From positions 76,705-140,704 of the forward strand of contig CAKZLE010000035.1 in the NCBI GenBank assembly GCA_937125225.1: a stretch of 64,000 nucleotides of DNA, read 5' to 3'. Both the position numbers and the translations under genes were made by a program. The notes under the pieces are model-generated. The model had not been told where the DNA came from. It did no database searches and was given only the letters and a program-made list of their open reading frames with translations. Positions 10,744 through 21,372 of this stretch are shown here, in pieces (positions within the stretch are counted from its first letter, which is position 1; each line of letters starts with the position of its first letter). The stretch is from an uncultured Spirochaetia bacterium (GTDB taxonomy: Bacteria > Spirochaetota > Spirochaetia > CAKZLE01).

Positions 10744-12179
10744 TGGCCACAGGATTGAAAGATGCAATTCGAAGCCTTGTTAATGATCGAGGGATTTCAG
10801 AAGAGCTTATCCAGAGAACTATAGAAGAGTTCCTGTTAGCAGCCTATAAAAGGAAATTCGGCACAGTAGAGAATGCTGTAGTCATCTTCAGTGAAGATGG
10901 TGAAGATGTTGCTCTATATGCTAAGAAGACCATTGTCGAGGATCTCGAAGATGAAGTATTGGAGATCACGTTAGAGGATTCTCTCAAGTTCAATGATGAT
11001 TGTGAGATTGGTGATGAACTGCTCATAGATATAGATCCTAAAGAGTTCGATCGAATCGCTGTTCAGACTGCAAAGCAGAAGGCGAAACAGACTCTTAGAG
11101 ATATTCAGAAAGATACACTTTATTCAGAATTCAAAGGTAAAGAGGGTGAGATGATCATCGGATACTACCAGAGAGAAAAGAATGGAGAAATCTTTATAGA
11201 TCTTGGAAAGACCGAAGGTGTGATGCCTAAGCGTTTTCAGTCACCTCGAGAGGTTTATAGACTTAACGATAGAATCAAATGTCTGGTTCAGAGTGTTGAG
11301 AAAGGTAATACGGGTCTTAGGATCACCCTTTCGAGAACTCATACAGAATTTGTTGCAAAATTATTCGAAATTGAAGTTCCTGAAGTCTATGATAAGACTA
11401 TAGATATTCAAAAGATGGTTAGAGAGCCTGGTTATAGGACTAAGCTTGCCGTACATACCAATAGAGATGACATCGATCCAGTAGGGGCATGTGTCGGACT
11501 AAAGGGTGTTAGGATACAGACTATCGTTAGAGAACTCGAAGGCGAGAAAATAGATGTCCTCAGGTATGAGGTCAACCCTATTGAATATATCAAAAATGCC
11601 CTTTCACCTGCAGAGGTAAAGAGTGTATATATCCTAGATGAAGGTAAGAGAACGGCTCTAGCAGTCGTTGATGAAAGCCAGCTTTCTCTTGCTATCGGTA
11701 AACAGGGACTCAACGTACGATTAGCCAATCGGCTCGTTGACTGGAATATCGATGTAAAGACTGAAGAACAGTTCAGTGAAATGGATATAGCTATAGAGAC
11801 TAAACGAGAACTTGAAGCTCTCTTTACAGATGATTCAGATGATGGTGAGATCACCAATATCGCAGAGTTGCCGGGTCTTGAAGAACGATTGATTTCTTTC
11901 CTCGATCAGAATAACATTGTATTGATCGAAGACTATATAAATAGTAGTGAAGAGGATCTGCTCAGTATCCCTGGGATCACTAAGGAAGATCTGGAATCAA
12001 TCAACTCTATCTTAAACGAATATGTTGATATCGTTGAAGAAGAGGCTCAAGATGAAGAGTATATTGAGACTTTTGAATGCCCCGAGTGTGGCCATGAGAT
12101 AACATCAGATATGGATACTTGTCCAAATTGTGGTGTTGGGTTGAGTTTTGAGGTCGAAGAGGTAATAGAGGGAGAATAA
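10743..12179 (+). CDS. nusA: Transcription termination/antitermination factor NusA, with a C-terminal C4 zinc ribbon
   Basis: NusA N-terminal domain, S1 and tandem KH regions (...GACVGLKGVRIQTIVRELEGEKIDV..., ...LAIGKQGLNVRLANRL...). The C-terminus is FECPECGHEITSDMDTCPNCG. Confidence 0.9.
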   Translation: MATGLKDAIRSLVNDRGISEELIQRTIEEFLLAAYKRKFGTVENAVVIFSEDGEDVALYAKKTIVEDLEDEVLEITLEDSLKFNDDCEIGDELLIDIDPKEFDRIAVQTAKQKAKQTLRDIQKDTLYSEFKGKEGEMIIGYYQREKNGEIFIDLGKTEGVMPKRFQSPREVYRLNDRIKCLVQSVEKGNTGLRITLSRTHTEFVAKLFEIEVPEVYDKTIDIQKMVREPGYRTKLAVHTNRDDIDPVGACVGLKGVRIQTIVRELEGEKIDVLRYEVNPIEYIKNALSPAEVKSVYILDEGKRTALAVVDESQLSLAIGKQGLNVRLANRLVDWNIDVKTEEQFSEMDIAIETKRELEALFTDDSDDGEITNIAELPGLEERLISFLDQNNIVLIEDYINSSEEDLLSIPGITKEDLESINSILNEYVDIVEEEAQDEEYIETFECPECGHEITSDMDTCPNCGVGLSFEVEEVIEGE

Positions 12180-15100
12180 TTGGACAATAATATGACTGAA
12201 GATAATATGAATAAAAAACCCAAAGCGACACTTATCAAGCATAAGAAGGGCTCTGAAAACTCTCACAAGGCTGCAGCTGAAGACACGAATATTCAGAATC
12301 AGTCTCATGTGGTAGAAAAGAAGAAAGTCGTAGTAGTCAAGAAGAAGAAAGTCGTTGTGAAGCGACCAGTAAGTCACCATCAGGAAGATAAACCTGTTGC
12401 TAAAGAACAACCAAAAGAAGAAACCAAGACAACAGTTCCTTCTAGACCACAAGCAGATAGACCTCCTCAACAAAAGAGTGCACCACAATCTGGAACTCCA
12501 ACAGCACCTCCAAGACCAAGTGCTAACACCTCTGAACAACCAAGAACTCAGGCTCAGCAGCCACAAAGCAATGATCGCTACAGAGGTAGAGATCAGCAGG
12601 GTACAGAGCAGAGACGACCATATAATAATAATCAGAATAGAACTGGTGGATACAATCAGGAACGAACTGGGGGGTATAATCAGAATAGACCCGCAGCTGG
12701 TGGTACTGGCCAGGAACGTACCGGTGGCTATAACCAAAACAGAACTGGTGGTTATAATAATAACCGTCAGGGTGGATACAATCAGGAACGAACTGGGGGG
12801 TATAATCAAAATAGACCCGCAGCTGGTGGGACTGGTCAGGAACGTACCGGTGGCTATAACCAAAACAGAACTGGTGGATATAATCAGAACAGACCTGCTG
12901 GTGGAAACACTGGTGATCGAACTGGTGGCTATAACCAAAATAGAACTGGTGGATATAATCAGGATCGTACCGGTGGATACAACCAAAATCGAACTGGTAG
13001 CTATAATCAGAACAGACCTGCTGGTGGAAACACTGGAGATCGACCTGGTGGCTATAATCAGAACAGACCTGCTGGTGGAAACACTGGAGATCGACCTGGT
13101 GGATATAACCAGAATCGAACTGGTGGATATAACCAGAATCGAACTGGTGGATATAACCAGAATCGAACTGGTGGATATAACCAGAATAGACCTGCAGGTA
13201 GTGGGAATACTCAAAATAGACCTGGTGGAAGACCCCCCTATAACAGTCAGCGTCCTGGACAGAGGCCTGGTGGTAATGCTGGTGGTTCTAGAAAACCTTT
13301 TAATTCAACTTCTCCATCTATCGATGATGGTAAAAAGACAATAAAAAAAGTTTTTAAAACTAAGAGTAAGAAGAATTATCAGAAGAATAGAAAATTCGAA
13401 AATCGGGAAAAAGATTTCCAGATCAAGAAGAAAACTGTTATTCGTGCAAATCCCGTACCGAAGAAGATCGACATCATGGAGGTCATCACTGTATCGGAAT
13501 TGGCAAAGAAGATGAACTTGAAGGCATCAGAACTCATCGCAAAACTGATGCAGATGGGTATGATGGTTACGATAAATCAGCAGATAGATGCTGAGACTGC
13601 AACAATCATAGCGTCAGAGTATGAGTGTGTTGTTAATATTGTCTCTCTTTATGATGAGACTGTAATCGAGACTGCAAAAGATGTTGAATCTGAACTTAAA
13701 GCAAGACCCCCTATCGTCACTGTCATGGGGCATGTCGACCATGGAAAGACAAAGTTACTTGATGCAATTCGAGAGACCAATGTGGTTGATGGTGAGTTCG
13801 GTGGTATTACCCAGCATATTGGTGCCTACACAGTCGCTACTGATCATGGTGATGTAGTATTCTTGGATACACCAGGACACTCTGCTTTTACCTTGATGAG
13901 AGCCCGTGGTGCCCAGGTTACAGATATTGTCATCTTAGTGGTTGCTGCAAACGATGGAGTAATGCCACAGACGGTCGAGGCAATTGACCATGCTAAAGAG
14001 GCAGGAGTTCCGATAATCGTTGCTGTAAACAAAATAGATCTTCCTGAATCGAATATTGATAGAGTAAAACAACAACTTTCTGAATATGAATTGTTGCCTG
14101 AAGACTGGGGTGGAAGTACTCTTTTCTGTGAGATTTCAGCCTTGAAAAAAGAAGGTATCGATGAACTCGTAGAAAGTATCCTCCTTCAATCTGAAATGCT
14201 GGAACTAACAGCAACATATGATTGTAAAGCTGAAGGTAGAATCATCGAGTCTAAGGTTGATCATGGACGAGGTATCGTCTCTACAGTAATTATACAGCGA
14301 GGTACCCTTAAGATCGGAGATCCGTTCATTGCTGGAGTATATCCAGGAAAAGTACGAGCGATGTTCAATGATAAGGGCCAAAAAATAGATATAGCAACAC
14401 CTGCTACACCGGTAGAGATTCTTGGTTTTACCGGGATCCCTAGTGCGGGTGCTCCATTCCAAGGGACTGATAATGACAGACAGGCTAGACAGGTTGGTGC
14501 TAAGCGACAAGAGTTAGAACGACTTGGTGAAGCTCAGAATGTGAAGAAAATAACTCTTGATAACCTCTTTGACTCTATTCAGGATGGAGAGGTTCAGGAA
14601 CTGAAAGTAGTAATCAAAGGTGATGTGCATGGTTCTGTTGAGGCTTTACAGAGTTCTTTGGAGAAATTATCTACCAAGGATATTCGATTGCATGTGATTC
14701 ATGCATCAGCAGGAGCTATCATAGAAAATGATATCAACCTTGCCGTAGCATCTAACGCCATTGTAATCGGATTCAATGTAAGACCAACACCTAAAGCTCA
14801 ACTTTTGGCAGATCGTGAAAAGATCGATATCAGAAAATACAATATCATTTATGATGTTGTAGATGATATCAAACTTGCTATGGAAGGTATGTTATCTCCA
14901 GAGCTCAAAGAAGAAGTCATTGGTCAGGTTGAAGTACGTGAGACATTCAAAGTTCCTAAGATCGGTCTTATCGCTGGTTGTTATGTACTAGATGGAAAGG
15001 TCAAAAGAAATGCTACAGCTAATATCATCAGAGATGGTATTAAGATATACACTGGTAAAGTGACTTCACTCAGACGTTTTAAAGATGATGCAAAAGAAGT

Positions 15101-15206
15101 TGCTGCAGGTTATGAATGTGGTATGGGACTCGAGAACTATCAGGATCTAAAGGTTGGAGACATCTTTGAGATCATCGAGATAGTTGAGGTAGCCAAGAAG
15201 CTCTAA
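12180..15206 (+). CDS. infB: Translation initiation factor IF-2, with a long N-terminal low-complexity (GGYNQNRT)n repeat region
   Basis: G-domain VTVMGHVDHGKTKLLD...DTPGH...NKID, with C-terminal beta-barrel domains. GGAG lies 5 nt upstream of the TTG start. The N-terminal ~350 aa are K-rich and then carry an RGG/QN repeat. Confidence 0.9.
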   Translation: MDNNMTEDNMNKKPKATLIKHKKGSENSHKAAAEDTNIQNQSHVVEKKKVVVVKKKKVVVKRPVSHHQEDKPVAKEQPKEETKTTVPSRPQADRPPQQKSAPQSGTPTAPPRPSANTSEQPRTQAQQPQSNDRYRGRDQQGTEQRRPYNNNQNRTGGYNQERTGGYNQNRPAAGGTGQERTGGYNQNRTGGYNNNRQGGYNQERTGGYNQNRPAAGGTGQERTGGYNQNRTGGYNQNRPAGGNTGDRTGGYNQNRTGGYNQDRTGGYNQNRTGSYNQNRPAGGNTGDRPGGYNQNRPAGGNTGDRPGGYNQNRTGGYNQNRTGGYNQNRTGGYNQNRPAGSGNTQNRPGGRPPYNSQRPGQRPGGNAGGSRKPFNSTSPSIDDGKKTIKKVFKTKSKKNYQKNRKFENREKDFQIKKKTVIRANPVPKKIDIMEVITVSELAKKMNLKASELIAKLMQMGMMVTINQQIDAETATIIASEYECVVNIVSLYDETVIETAKDVESELKARPPIVTVMGHVDHGKTKLLDAIRETNVVDGEFGGITQHIGAYTVATDHGDVVFLDTPGHSAFTLMRARGAQVTDIVILVVAANDGVMPQTVEAIDHAKEAGVPIIVAVNKIDLPESNIDRVKQQLSEYELLPEDWGGSTLFCEISALKKEGIDELVESILLQSEMLELTATYDCKAEGRIIESKVDHGRGIVSTVIIQRGTLKIGDPFIAGVYPGKVRAMFNDKGQKIDIATPATPVEILGFTGIPSAGAPFQGTDNDRQARQVGAKRQELERLGEAQNVKKITLDNLFDSIQDGEVQELKVVIKGDVHGSVEALQSSLEKLSTKDIRLHVIHASAGAIIENDINLAVASNAIVIGFNVRPTPKAQLLADREKIDIRKYNIIYDVVDDIKLAMEGMLSPELKEEVIGQVEVRETFKVPKIGLIAGCYVLDGKVKRNATANIIRDGIKIYTGKVTSLRRFKDDAKEVAAGYECGMGLENYQDLKVGDIFEIIEIVEVAKKL

Positions 15207-15208
15207 TT

Positions 15209-15556
15209 ATGAATGAAGTTTCGCAAAAAAGATTAGAATCACATATTATAGAATTGATCAGTTCCCTTTTAATGAAGGGAGCTGTCAAGGATCCAAGATT
15301 GAGCAGGTTCCTCTCGATATCTAATATCAAACTTGCTAAAGATCTTTCTTTCGCAAAAGTCTATGTCTCAACATTTGAAGATGAGAAGACTTTGGAAATG
15401 TCAGTATCGATCCTGAATAGAGCCTCAGGGCTCATTCAGGCTAGACTGGGGAAGAGTCTCAAGACTCGAAACACCCCCAAACTGCAATTCGTGAAAGATG
15501 TTTCGATAAGAGATGGTATTGAAGTAAACAAGAAGATCGAGGATCTACAGAAGTAG
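15209..15556 (+). CDS. rbfA: Ribosome-binding factor A
   Basis: 115 aa, in the conserved position after infB, with the RbfA-like core ...PRLSRFLSISNIKLAKDLSFAKVYVS.... Confidence 0.8.
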   Translation: MNEVSQKRLESHIIELISSLLMKGAVKDPRLSRFLSISNIKLAKDLSFAKVYVSTFEDEKTLEMSVSILNRASGLIQARLGKSLKTRNTPKLQFVKDVSIRDGIEVNKKIEDLQK

Positions 15557-15558
15557 AT

Positions 15559-16458
15559 ATGAATCCTCAAGGCATCCTTCTTGTAAATAAACCTAAAGGT
15601 ATAACCTCATTCAAGGCTTTAGCCCCGATAAAAAGAAATTTCGGGGTCAAAGTCGGTCATACAGGAACTCTTGATAGATTTGCAGAAGGTCTACTTGTTG
15701 TTTTGATAGGATCGATGACACGAATGAATCCTATGTTCACAGGCTTTGATAAAAGTTACGAGGCTGTCATCACCTTTGGGAAAGAGACTGATACACTAGA
15801 TCCAGAAGGAAAGGTGATCAAGGAGGGCGAGATCCCCTGTTACGAAGAAATTAAAATGCTACTTCCTACCTTCATCGGGGAATCTGATCAGACCCCACCA
15901 CAATTCTCTGCTGTACATGTAGGTGGTAAAAGAGCCTATAAATCTGCATTAGCTGGAGAGGAAGTCGTCATACCTCCAAGAAGAATAAACATAAAGGATA
16001 TTCGTCTTCTATCATGGGACTCTCCTGAATTGAAAATATCTGTTGATTGTTCAAAAGGTACCTATATAAGATCACTTGCACGGGATATTGCCTATAAATT
16101 GGGTACTTGTGGTCATGTGACTCAGTTGAAAAGAACTTCAGTTGGACAGTTTGATATTAAAGATTCTACATTACCTGAAGAGTTATCCTTTGAACATATT
16201 GTCACTCCTTGGGATATTTTCGATATTCTTGGTGGGATTTCAAAGATTACAATAGATTCAACTTATATCAAAAGCATTTTGTGTGGGTCTTTACCAAGAG
16301 ATAGATGGATACTTTCAAAACAGATTAAAGAAAATTCTACACTTTGTGGAGTATTCACCATTGATAATGAGTTATTGGGTGTTTGTGTTTGTACAATTGA
16401 TTCGGGTGATATATCATATGATTCATATAAATTCGTAGTTGCGGCAGGAAACAGGTGA
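15559..16458 (+). CDS. truB: tRNA pseudouridine(55) synthase TruB
   Basis: LLVNKPKGITSF...VGHTGTLDRFAEGLLVVLIG catalytic-Asp motif, in the conserved position after rbfA. Confidence 0.9.
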   Translation: MNPQGILLVNKPKGITSFKALAPIKRNFGVKVGHTGTLDRFAEGLLVVLIGSMTRMNPMFTGFDKSYEAVITFGKETDTLDPEGKVIKEGEIPCYEEIKMLLPTFIGESDQTPPQFSAVHVGGKRAYKSALAGEEVVIPPRRINIKDIRLLSWDSPELKISVDCSKGTYIRSLARDIAYKLGTCGHVTQLKRTSVGQFDIKDSTLPEELSFEHIVTPWDIFDILGGISKITIDSTYIKSILCGSLPRDRWILSKQIKENSTLCGVFTIDNELLGVCVCTIDSGDISYDSYKFVVAAGNR

Positions 16459-17246
16459 GAATACTCGATTTTAAAGCATTCGTCGAAGATAAACCCTTTT
16501 TAGATAAACAAGTATATATGGCTTTAGGTGTATTCGACGGTATCCATCTAGGACATCAAGCACTTATCCAGAATATTGATCATCGTGGAGATGAAGAACA
16601 CCGATTCTTATTTACGTTTACAAAGAATCCAAAACAGTTCTTAGGCATTCAAGGATATGATAAACCCATCACAACGCAGCGTCAGAAGATTGATTTAGTA
16701 ACAAATAGTAAGATTGGTAATATGGTTCTCATTGACTTTTCTGTCGAATTTAGTAAACTACGGGGAGAAGATTTTTTTTCCATGATTGAGGAATCCTGTG
16801 ATCTTAAGTATATCGTTATTGGTCAGAATTTTGCTTGCGGTTTTAAAGCACTGTTCACAGCCGATAAAATACAGAGGAAGTTCGAAGGGACGAAAACTGT
16901 AGTTGATGTAGTAGAGTCTGTTCTTATGGAAGAAAAAAGGGTTAGTAGTTCTAGAATCAGGAAGTTAATACATTCCGGTGATTTCAGGACTGTTAAAACA
17001 TTGCTTGGCAGGTCTTTTACTATAGATATGGCCACAAAACCTCATATCTTAGCTAAAAGGACTTTTAATATAGAGTTAACTAGCATTAGACAGATACAGC
17101 CGCCACCTGGATCTTATAATGTTATTTTCAGGGATTCTCAGAACGTGGGTCACCATGGGAGGATCGCAGTCAGCGATTCAGAGATTTCCTGTGTAAGTGG
17201 ATCAGATTTGGATTCACCAATACAATACATCGAAATAGTTGATTAA
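16455..17246 (+). CDS. ribF: FAD synthetase (FMN adenylyltransferase) RibF, with a short and divergent C-terminal riboflavin-kinase-like region
   Basis: N-terminal nucleotidyltransferase motif ALGVFDGIHLGHQALI. The GTG start overlaps the truB stop (GTGA). The C-terminal part lacks the canonical GRxLGFPTAN kinase motif. Confidence 0.7.
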   Translation: MRILDFKAFVEDKPFLDKQVYMALGVFDGIHLGHQALIQNIDHRGDEEHRFLFTFTKNPKQFLGIQGYDKPITTQRQKIDLVTNSKIGNMVLIDFSVEFSKLRGEDFFSMIEESCDLKYIVIGQNFACGFKALFTADKIQRKFEGTKTVVDVVESVLMEEKRVSSSRIRKLIHSGDFRTVKTLLGRSFTIDMATKPHILAKRTFNIELTSIRQIQPPPGSYNVIFRDSQNVGHHGRIAVSDSEISCVSGSDLDSPIQYIEIVD

Positions 17247-17268
17247 GAGAGAATAGGAGAAAATCAAA

Positions 17269-17538
17269 ATGGCTTTTACAAAAGAGAAGAAGATTGAAAT
17301 AATTGAAACATATGGTGAAAACGCTCAGGATACAGGATCTTCAGCAGTTCAGGTTGCTTTGCTAACCGAAAGAATTCGAGAACTACAGGATCACTTCAAA
17401 GCAAATAAGAAGGATCATGCTAGCAGACGTGGTCTGTTAAAGATGGTTGGTAAAAGAAGAAGACTTCTACGATATATCAAGAATACTGATATCGTTGCTT
17501 ACCGAGAACTTATTGCTAAACTTGGCCTGAGAAAATAG
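17269..17538 (+). CDS. rpsO: 30S ribosomal protein S15
   Basis: 89 aa carrying ...[48 protein letters not shown]..., upstream of pnp. Confidence 0.9.
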   Translation: MAFTKEKKIEIIETYGENAQDTGSSAVQVALLTERIRELQDHFKANKKDHASRRGLLKMVGKRRRLLRYIKNTDIVAYRELIAKLGLRK

Positions 17539-17569
17539 TTATTCGCTACAAAGACAAAGGTGAAAAATA

Positions 17570-19660
17570 ATGTTACAAACAATTAGTGTTAAAATTGGAG
17601 AAGAGGAATTAATCCTCGAGACTGGACGTATGGCTAAACAGGCTAACGGATCAGTTTTCGCTTCATATGGTGGATCTTCAGTACTTGCTACAGCATGCTG
17701 TGGTAGAAATGAGATCGAAGGTCTTGATTATGTGCCTCTCCAGGTAGAATATAATGAGAAATACTATGCTGCCGGAAAGATTCCGGGAGGATTTCTCAAA
17801 AGAGAAGGAAGGCCAAAGGATAAGGAAATTCTTGTTTGTCGATTAATCGATAGACCTATGAGACCCCTATTCGATAAGGCTTTCAAAAGAGACATTCAGG
17901 TTGTTCCAACCGTAATCTCTACTGATCAGATTCATACACCAGATATCGTAGCGATGGTTGCTGCTTCTGCAGCTGTTACTATATCAGATATACCTTTTGA
18001 TGGTCCTGTAGGGGCTGTTCGAGTTGGTCTTTGTGATGGTGAATATGTAGTTAACCCTACATTTCAGCAGATCGAGACTGCAGAGATTGATATTATCGTA
18101 TCAGGAACAAAAGATGGTATCACCATGGTTGAAGGTGGAGCAAAAGAAGTCTCTGAAGAAGCACTTCTAAAAGCTGTTGAGATTGCTGAACCAGTAATCA
18201 AAGAACTCTGTGATGCACAGCTGAAACTAGCTGAGATTGCTGGTAAAGAAAAACTTATAATTAATCATGTTGAAGAGGATACGAGTTTTGCTGATCCGAT
18301 CAGAGAATTTGCTTTCCCTAAGCTTGAAGAAGCTTGTTTCGTGATTGGTAAATTTGTAAGATATAAAGCTATCAAAGACGTATATAATGAGTCTTTAATC
18401 AAGTTTGCTGATATCATTGATGATTCAAATAAAAAAGATGTTGATAAGCTCTTTGAAGACATGGAATACGAGATCGTTCGTAAATCTATCTTGGACAAAG
18501 GTGTTCGAACTGATGGACGAGGTTCTGAAGATATACGACCTATTAACTGTCAAATCGGTGTTCTTCCAAGAACTCATGGATCTGCACTGTTTACTCGTGG
18601 AGAGACCCAGAGTCTAGCTGTAACTACTTTAGGGACAGTCTATGATGAACAGATGGTAGATAACATCGACAGTGAAAAGAGATTCAATAATTTCATGCTC
18701 CATTATAACTTCCCTCCCTTCTCTGTAGGTGAGTGTGGTCGAATGGGTACTGGTAGAAGAGAGATCGGACATGGTCATCTAGCTCAAAGAGCTTTAGAAG
18801 GTGTACTTCCTACAAAAGAGGATTTTCCCTACACAATTAGAATAGTATCTGAGATTTTGGAATCAAATGGTTCCTCTTCAATGGCATCAGTCTGTGGTGG
18901 TTCCTTATCACTACTTTCTGCAGGTGTTAAGATAAAAAAACCGGTTGCTGGTATTGCTATGGGTCTTATCTCTGATGGAGACAAAGCTGTCATCTTAAGT
19001 GACATACTTGGAGAAGAGGATCACCTTGGTGATATGGACTTCAAAGTAACTGGTACAGAAGATGGAATCACTGCTTTCCAGATGGATATCAAAATTGATA
19101 ATGTAAGTTCAGATCTGATGTATCGAGCTATGCAGCAGGCTAAACGAGGTCGAATGCATATCCTCGGAATCATGAATGAAGTCATTGCAGCTCCTTCAGA
19201 TGATATCTCTGCTTATGCACCTAGAATTGAAATCATTACAATCGATGAAGAAAAGATTGGTGCGGTCATTGGACCTGGTGGAAAGAATGTTAAGGGTATT
19301 GCAGAGGCTACTGGCGCTGATATCAAGATTGATAACAGCGGAAAGGTTATCATCTATGGTAAGGATAAAGAATCAGCATTAGAAGCGAAAAAGACTATCC
19401 TATCAATCGTTGAAGAACCAGAAGTGGGAAGAATCTATCAGGGAACTGTCAAAAGAATCACCGATTTCGGTGCGTTCATTGAGATTATTCCAGGAAAAGA
19501 GGGACTCTGTCATATCTCTAAACTTTCTAAACAGCGGGTTAATAAAGTTTCTGATGTTCTAGAAATGAACCAAAAGATTCCTGTCAAACTCATTGAGGTT
19601 GATAGAATGGGTCGTATTAACTTAAGTTATGTCGACGCACTCAAGGATGATGAAAAATAA
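17570..19660 (+). CDS. pnp: Polyribonucleotide nucleotidyltransferase (PNPase)
   Basis: Two RNase PH domains, KH ([15 protein letters not shown]) and S1 ([20 protein letters not shown]) domains, ~700 aa. Confidence 0.95.
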   Translation: MLQTISVKIGEEELILETGRMAKQANGSVFASYGGSSVLATACCGRNEIEGLDYVPLQVEYNEKYYAAGKIPGGFLKREGRPKDKEILVCRLIDRPMRPLFDKAFKRDIQVVPTVISTDQIHTPDIVAMVAASAAVTISDIPFDGPVGAVRVGLCDGEYVVNPTFQQIETAEIDIIVSGTKDGITMVEGGAKEVSEEALLKAVEIAEPVIKELCDAQLKLAEIAGKEKLIINHVEEDTSFADPIREFAFPKLEEACFVIGKFVRYKAIKDVYNESLIKFADIIDDSNKKDVDKLFEDMEYEIVRKSILDKGVRTDGRGSEDIRPINCQIGVLPRTHGSALFTRGETQSLAVTTLGTVYDEQMVDNIDSEKRFNNFMLHYNFPPFSVGECGRMGTGRREIGHGHLAQRALEGVLPTKEDFPYTIRIVSEILESNGSSSMASVCGGSLSLLSAGVKIKKPVAGIAMGLISDGDKAVILSDILGEEDHLGDMDFKVTGTEDGITAFQMDIKIDNVSSDLMYRAMQQAKRGRMHILGIMNEVIAAPSDDISAYAPRIEIITIDEEKIGAVIGPGGKNVKGIAEATGADIKIDNSGKVIIYGKDKESALEAKKTILSIVEEPEVGRIYQGTVKRITDFGAFIEIIPGKEGLCHISKLSKQRVNKVSDVLEMNQKIPVKLIEVDRMGRINLSYVDALKDDEK

Positions 19661-20100
19661 TGATTGAATTACGTATAAAGGCAGCATCAGGAGCTATACT
19701 ACCGAAATATGCAACTGCAGGATCTGCAGGTGCTGATCTTTATGCACATATTCAAGACCCTGAAGGACTATGTCTGGAGCCGGGGCAGAAAGCTCTTGTT
19801 CCGACTGGTCTATTCATGGAAATTCCACAGGGGTATGAGGTGCAGATTAGACCTCGATCTGGTCTTGCTGCTAAGTTCGGCGTGACTGTCCTTAATACTC
19901 CTGGTACCATTGATTCTGATTATCGTGGAGAAGTTAAGGTAATACTTATTAATCACGGTAGTGACTCATATATAGTTAATGAGGGAGACAGAATCGCTCA
20001 GATGGTAATCGCTAGTGTGATACAATGTGATTTCACACCAGTTGATGAGATCAACTCCTCTGAACGAGGTGTTGGGGGATTTGGTTCAACCGGTAAATAA
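19660..20100 (+). CDS. dut: dUTP diphosphatase
   Basis: 146 aa with the dUTPase motifs ...GSAGADLYA..., ...[11 protein letters not shown]..., ...[11 protein letters not shown]... and a C-terminal GGFGSTG. Confidence 0.85.
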   Translation: MIELRIKAASGAILPKYATAGSAGADLYAHIQDPEGLCLEPGQKALVPTGLFMEIPQGYEVQIRPRSGLAAKFGVTVLNTPGTIDSDYRGEVKVILINHGSDSYIVNEGDRIAQMVIASVIQCDFTPVDEINSSERGVGGFGSTGK

Positions 20101-20118
20101 AACAAACGGAGAGATTCT

Positions 20119-21372
20119 TTGAACAAAGGACGCGTGCATACTCTTCAACGATATATTCTTAAAGAGTATGCTCTCTCATTTCTTATCTCTTTTCTCTTCT
20201 TCTTTTTCATATTCTTTGTAAATCAGATATTACTCGTTGCAAGGAACATCCTGATTAGGAATGTCTCATTCACGGATATGCTCAGAATACTCCTTTATTC
20301 GATTCCAATCATACTCTCTTATACTTTCCCATTTTCCTCTTTAACAGGTGCCACAATGGCTTTAGGGAACCTCTCGTCAAAGAATGAGATTCTTGCGATG
20401 CGTACTAGTGGTGTATCCTATAATCAGATCTTGGCACCGATTCTTGTCTTCAGTATCATTTTATCAGGTGCTTCCTTTGTGTTAAATGATATTTTTCTAC
20501 CACTTGGAACGATTCAATATAAAGCCTTATATAAGGAATTGCTTTATGAGAATCCAGGTTTAGATCTTGATTCCTATACTGTAGCAAGATTCAATGATCT
20601 AATTTTTGTAAATGGTAAGGTTGAAGAGAACGTGGTTGATGATCTACTCGTAATTGATACTTCAAATAACCAAATAAAAATTATATCCGCAAAAGAGGCC
20701 CATCTAACTACTGAAAACCTAGATCAAAAGATATCATTAGATTTGACAGGGGTTCAAAGTATCACTCCAAATAGTAGTAGGTTTGATGATTATGATTTTT
20801 ATACCTCTGAGGAGATGAAGTATTTTCTTGAGATGGAATCGATAAGTTTTAATTTACTTAGTGTAGCTCCAAATGAAAAGAGTATGCGTGACCTTTATAG
20901 TGATATTGAGGATAAGAGGGACGATATAGCAGCTAGAGAAGCCTCTTTAGCCGTGAATCTAGAGGAATTGAATTATAGGATCGCATCAGAATATCTTAAA
21001 GATGCTTATCATGAGAATAAAGTTTCCTATGAGGCAGAAATCAAGCAACGTAAGAAGATATTAGAGACCTCAGTATTTAGTAAGACCTTGAAATACTATC
21101 TTTTAGAATTCTACAAGAAAACCGCCTTGCCATTTGCCTGTTTATTTCTTGTGATATTTGCCTTCCCATTCAGTATGATGCAAATGAAGAATGGTCGTCT
21201 TGTAGGTTTCTCTGTAGGGATAATCACCTCTGTTGTATATTGGTTCCTCCTGTTTGCCGGACAGACTATGGGAACAAGAATAGGACTTGACGCTTTTATC
21301 ATCATGTGGGCACCGAACTTCATACTATTTAGTATCGGAATCACAATCATGTTGATTAGGAGACGTGCATGA
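20119..21372 (+). CDS. LptF/LptG-family (YjgP/YjgQ) permease
   Basis: Predicted TM helices at both ends around a large periplasmic insert. It is paired with a second family member downstream in the typical lptF-lptG arrangement. Confidence 0.6.
   Translation: MNKGRVHTLQRYILKEYALSFLISFLFFFFIFFVNQILLVARNILIRNVSFTDMLRILLYSIPIILSYTFPFSSLTGATMALGNLSSKNEILAMRTSGVSYNQILAPILVFSIILSGASFVLNDIFLPLGTIQYKALYKELLYENPGLDLDSYTVARFNDLIFVNGKVEENVVDDLLVIDTSNNQIKIISAKEAHLTTENLDQKISLDLTGVQSITPNSSRFDDYDFYTSEEMKYFLEMESISFNLLSVAPNEKSMRDLYSDIEDKRDDIAAREASLAVNLEELNYRIASEYLKDAYHENKVSYEAEIKQRKKILETSVFSKTLKYYLLEFYKKTALPFACLFLVIFAFPFSMMQMKNGRLVGFSVGIITSVVYWFLLFAGQTMGTRIGLDAFIIMWAPNFILFSIGITIMLIRRRA

Noticed and set aside
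12105-13344. Two long overlapping ORFs (369 aa on the - strand, 315 aa on the + strand) inside infB
   Set aside because: They are artefacts of the 24-nt tandem repeats. The proteins are low-complexity repeats of I/L/S/T or E/L/V/D with no start context, and they fully overlap the well-supported infB frame.
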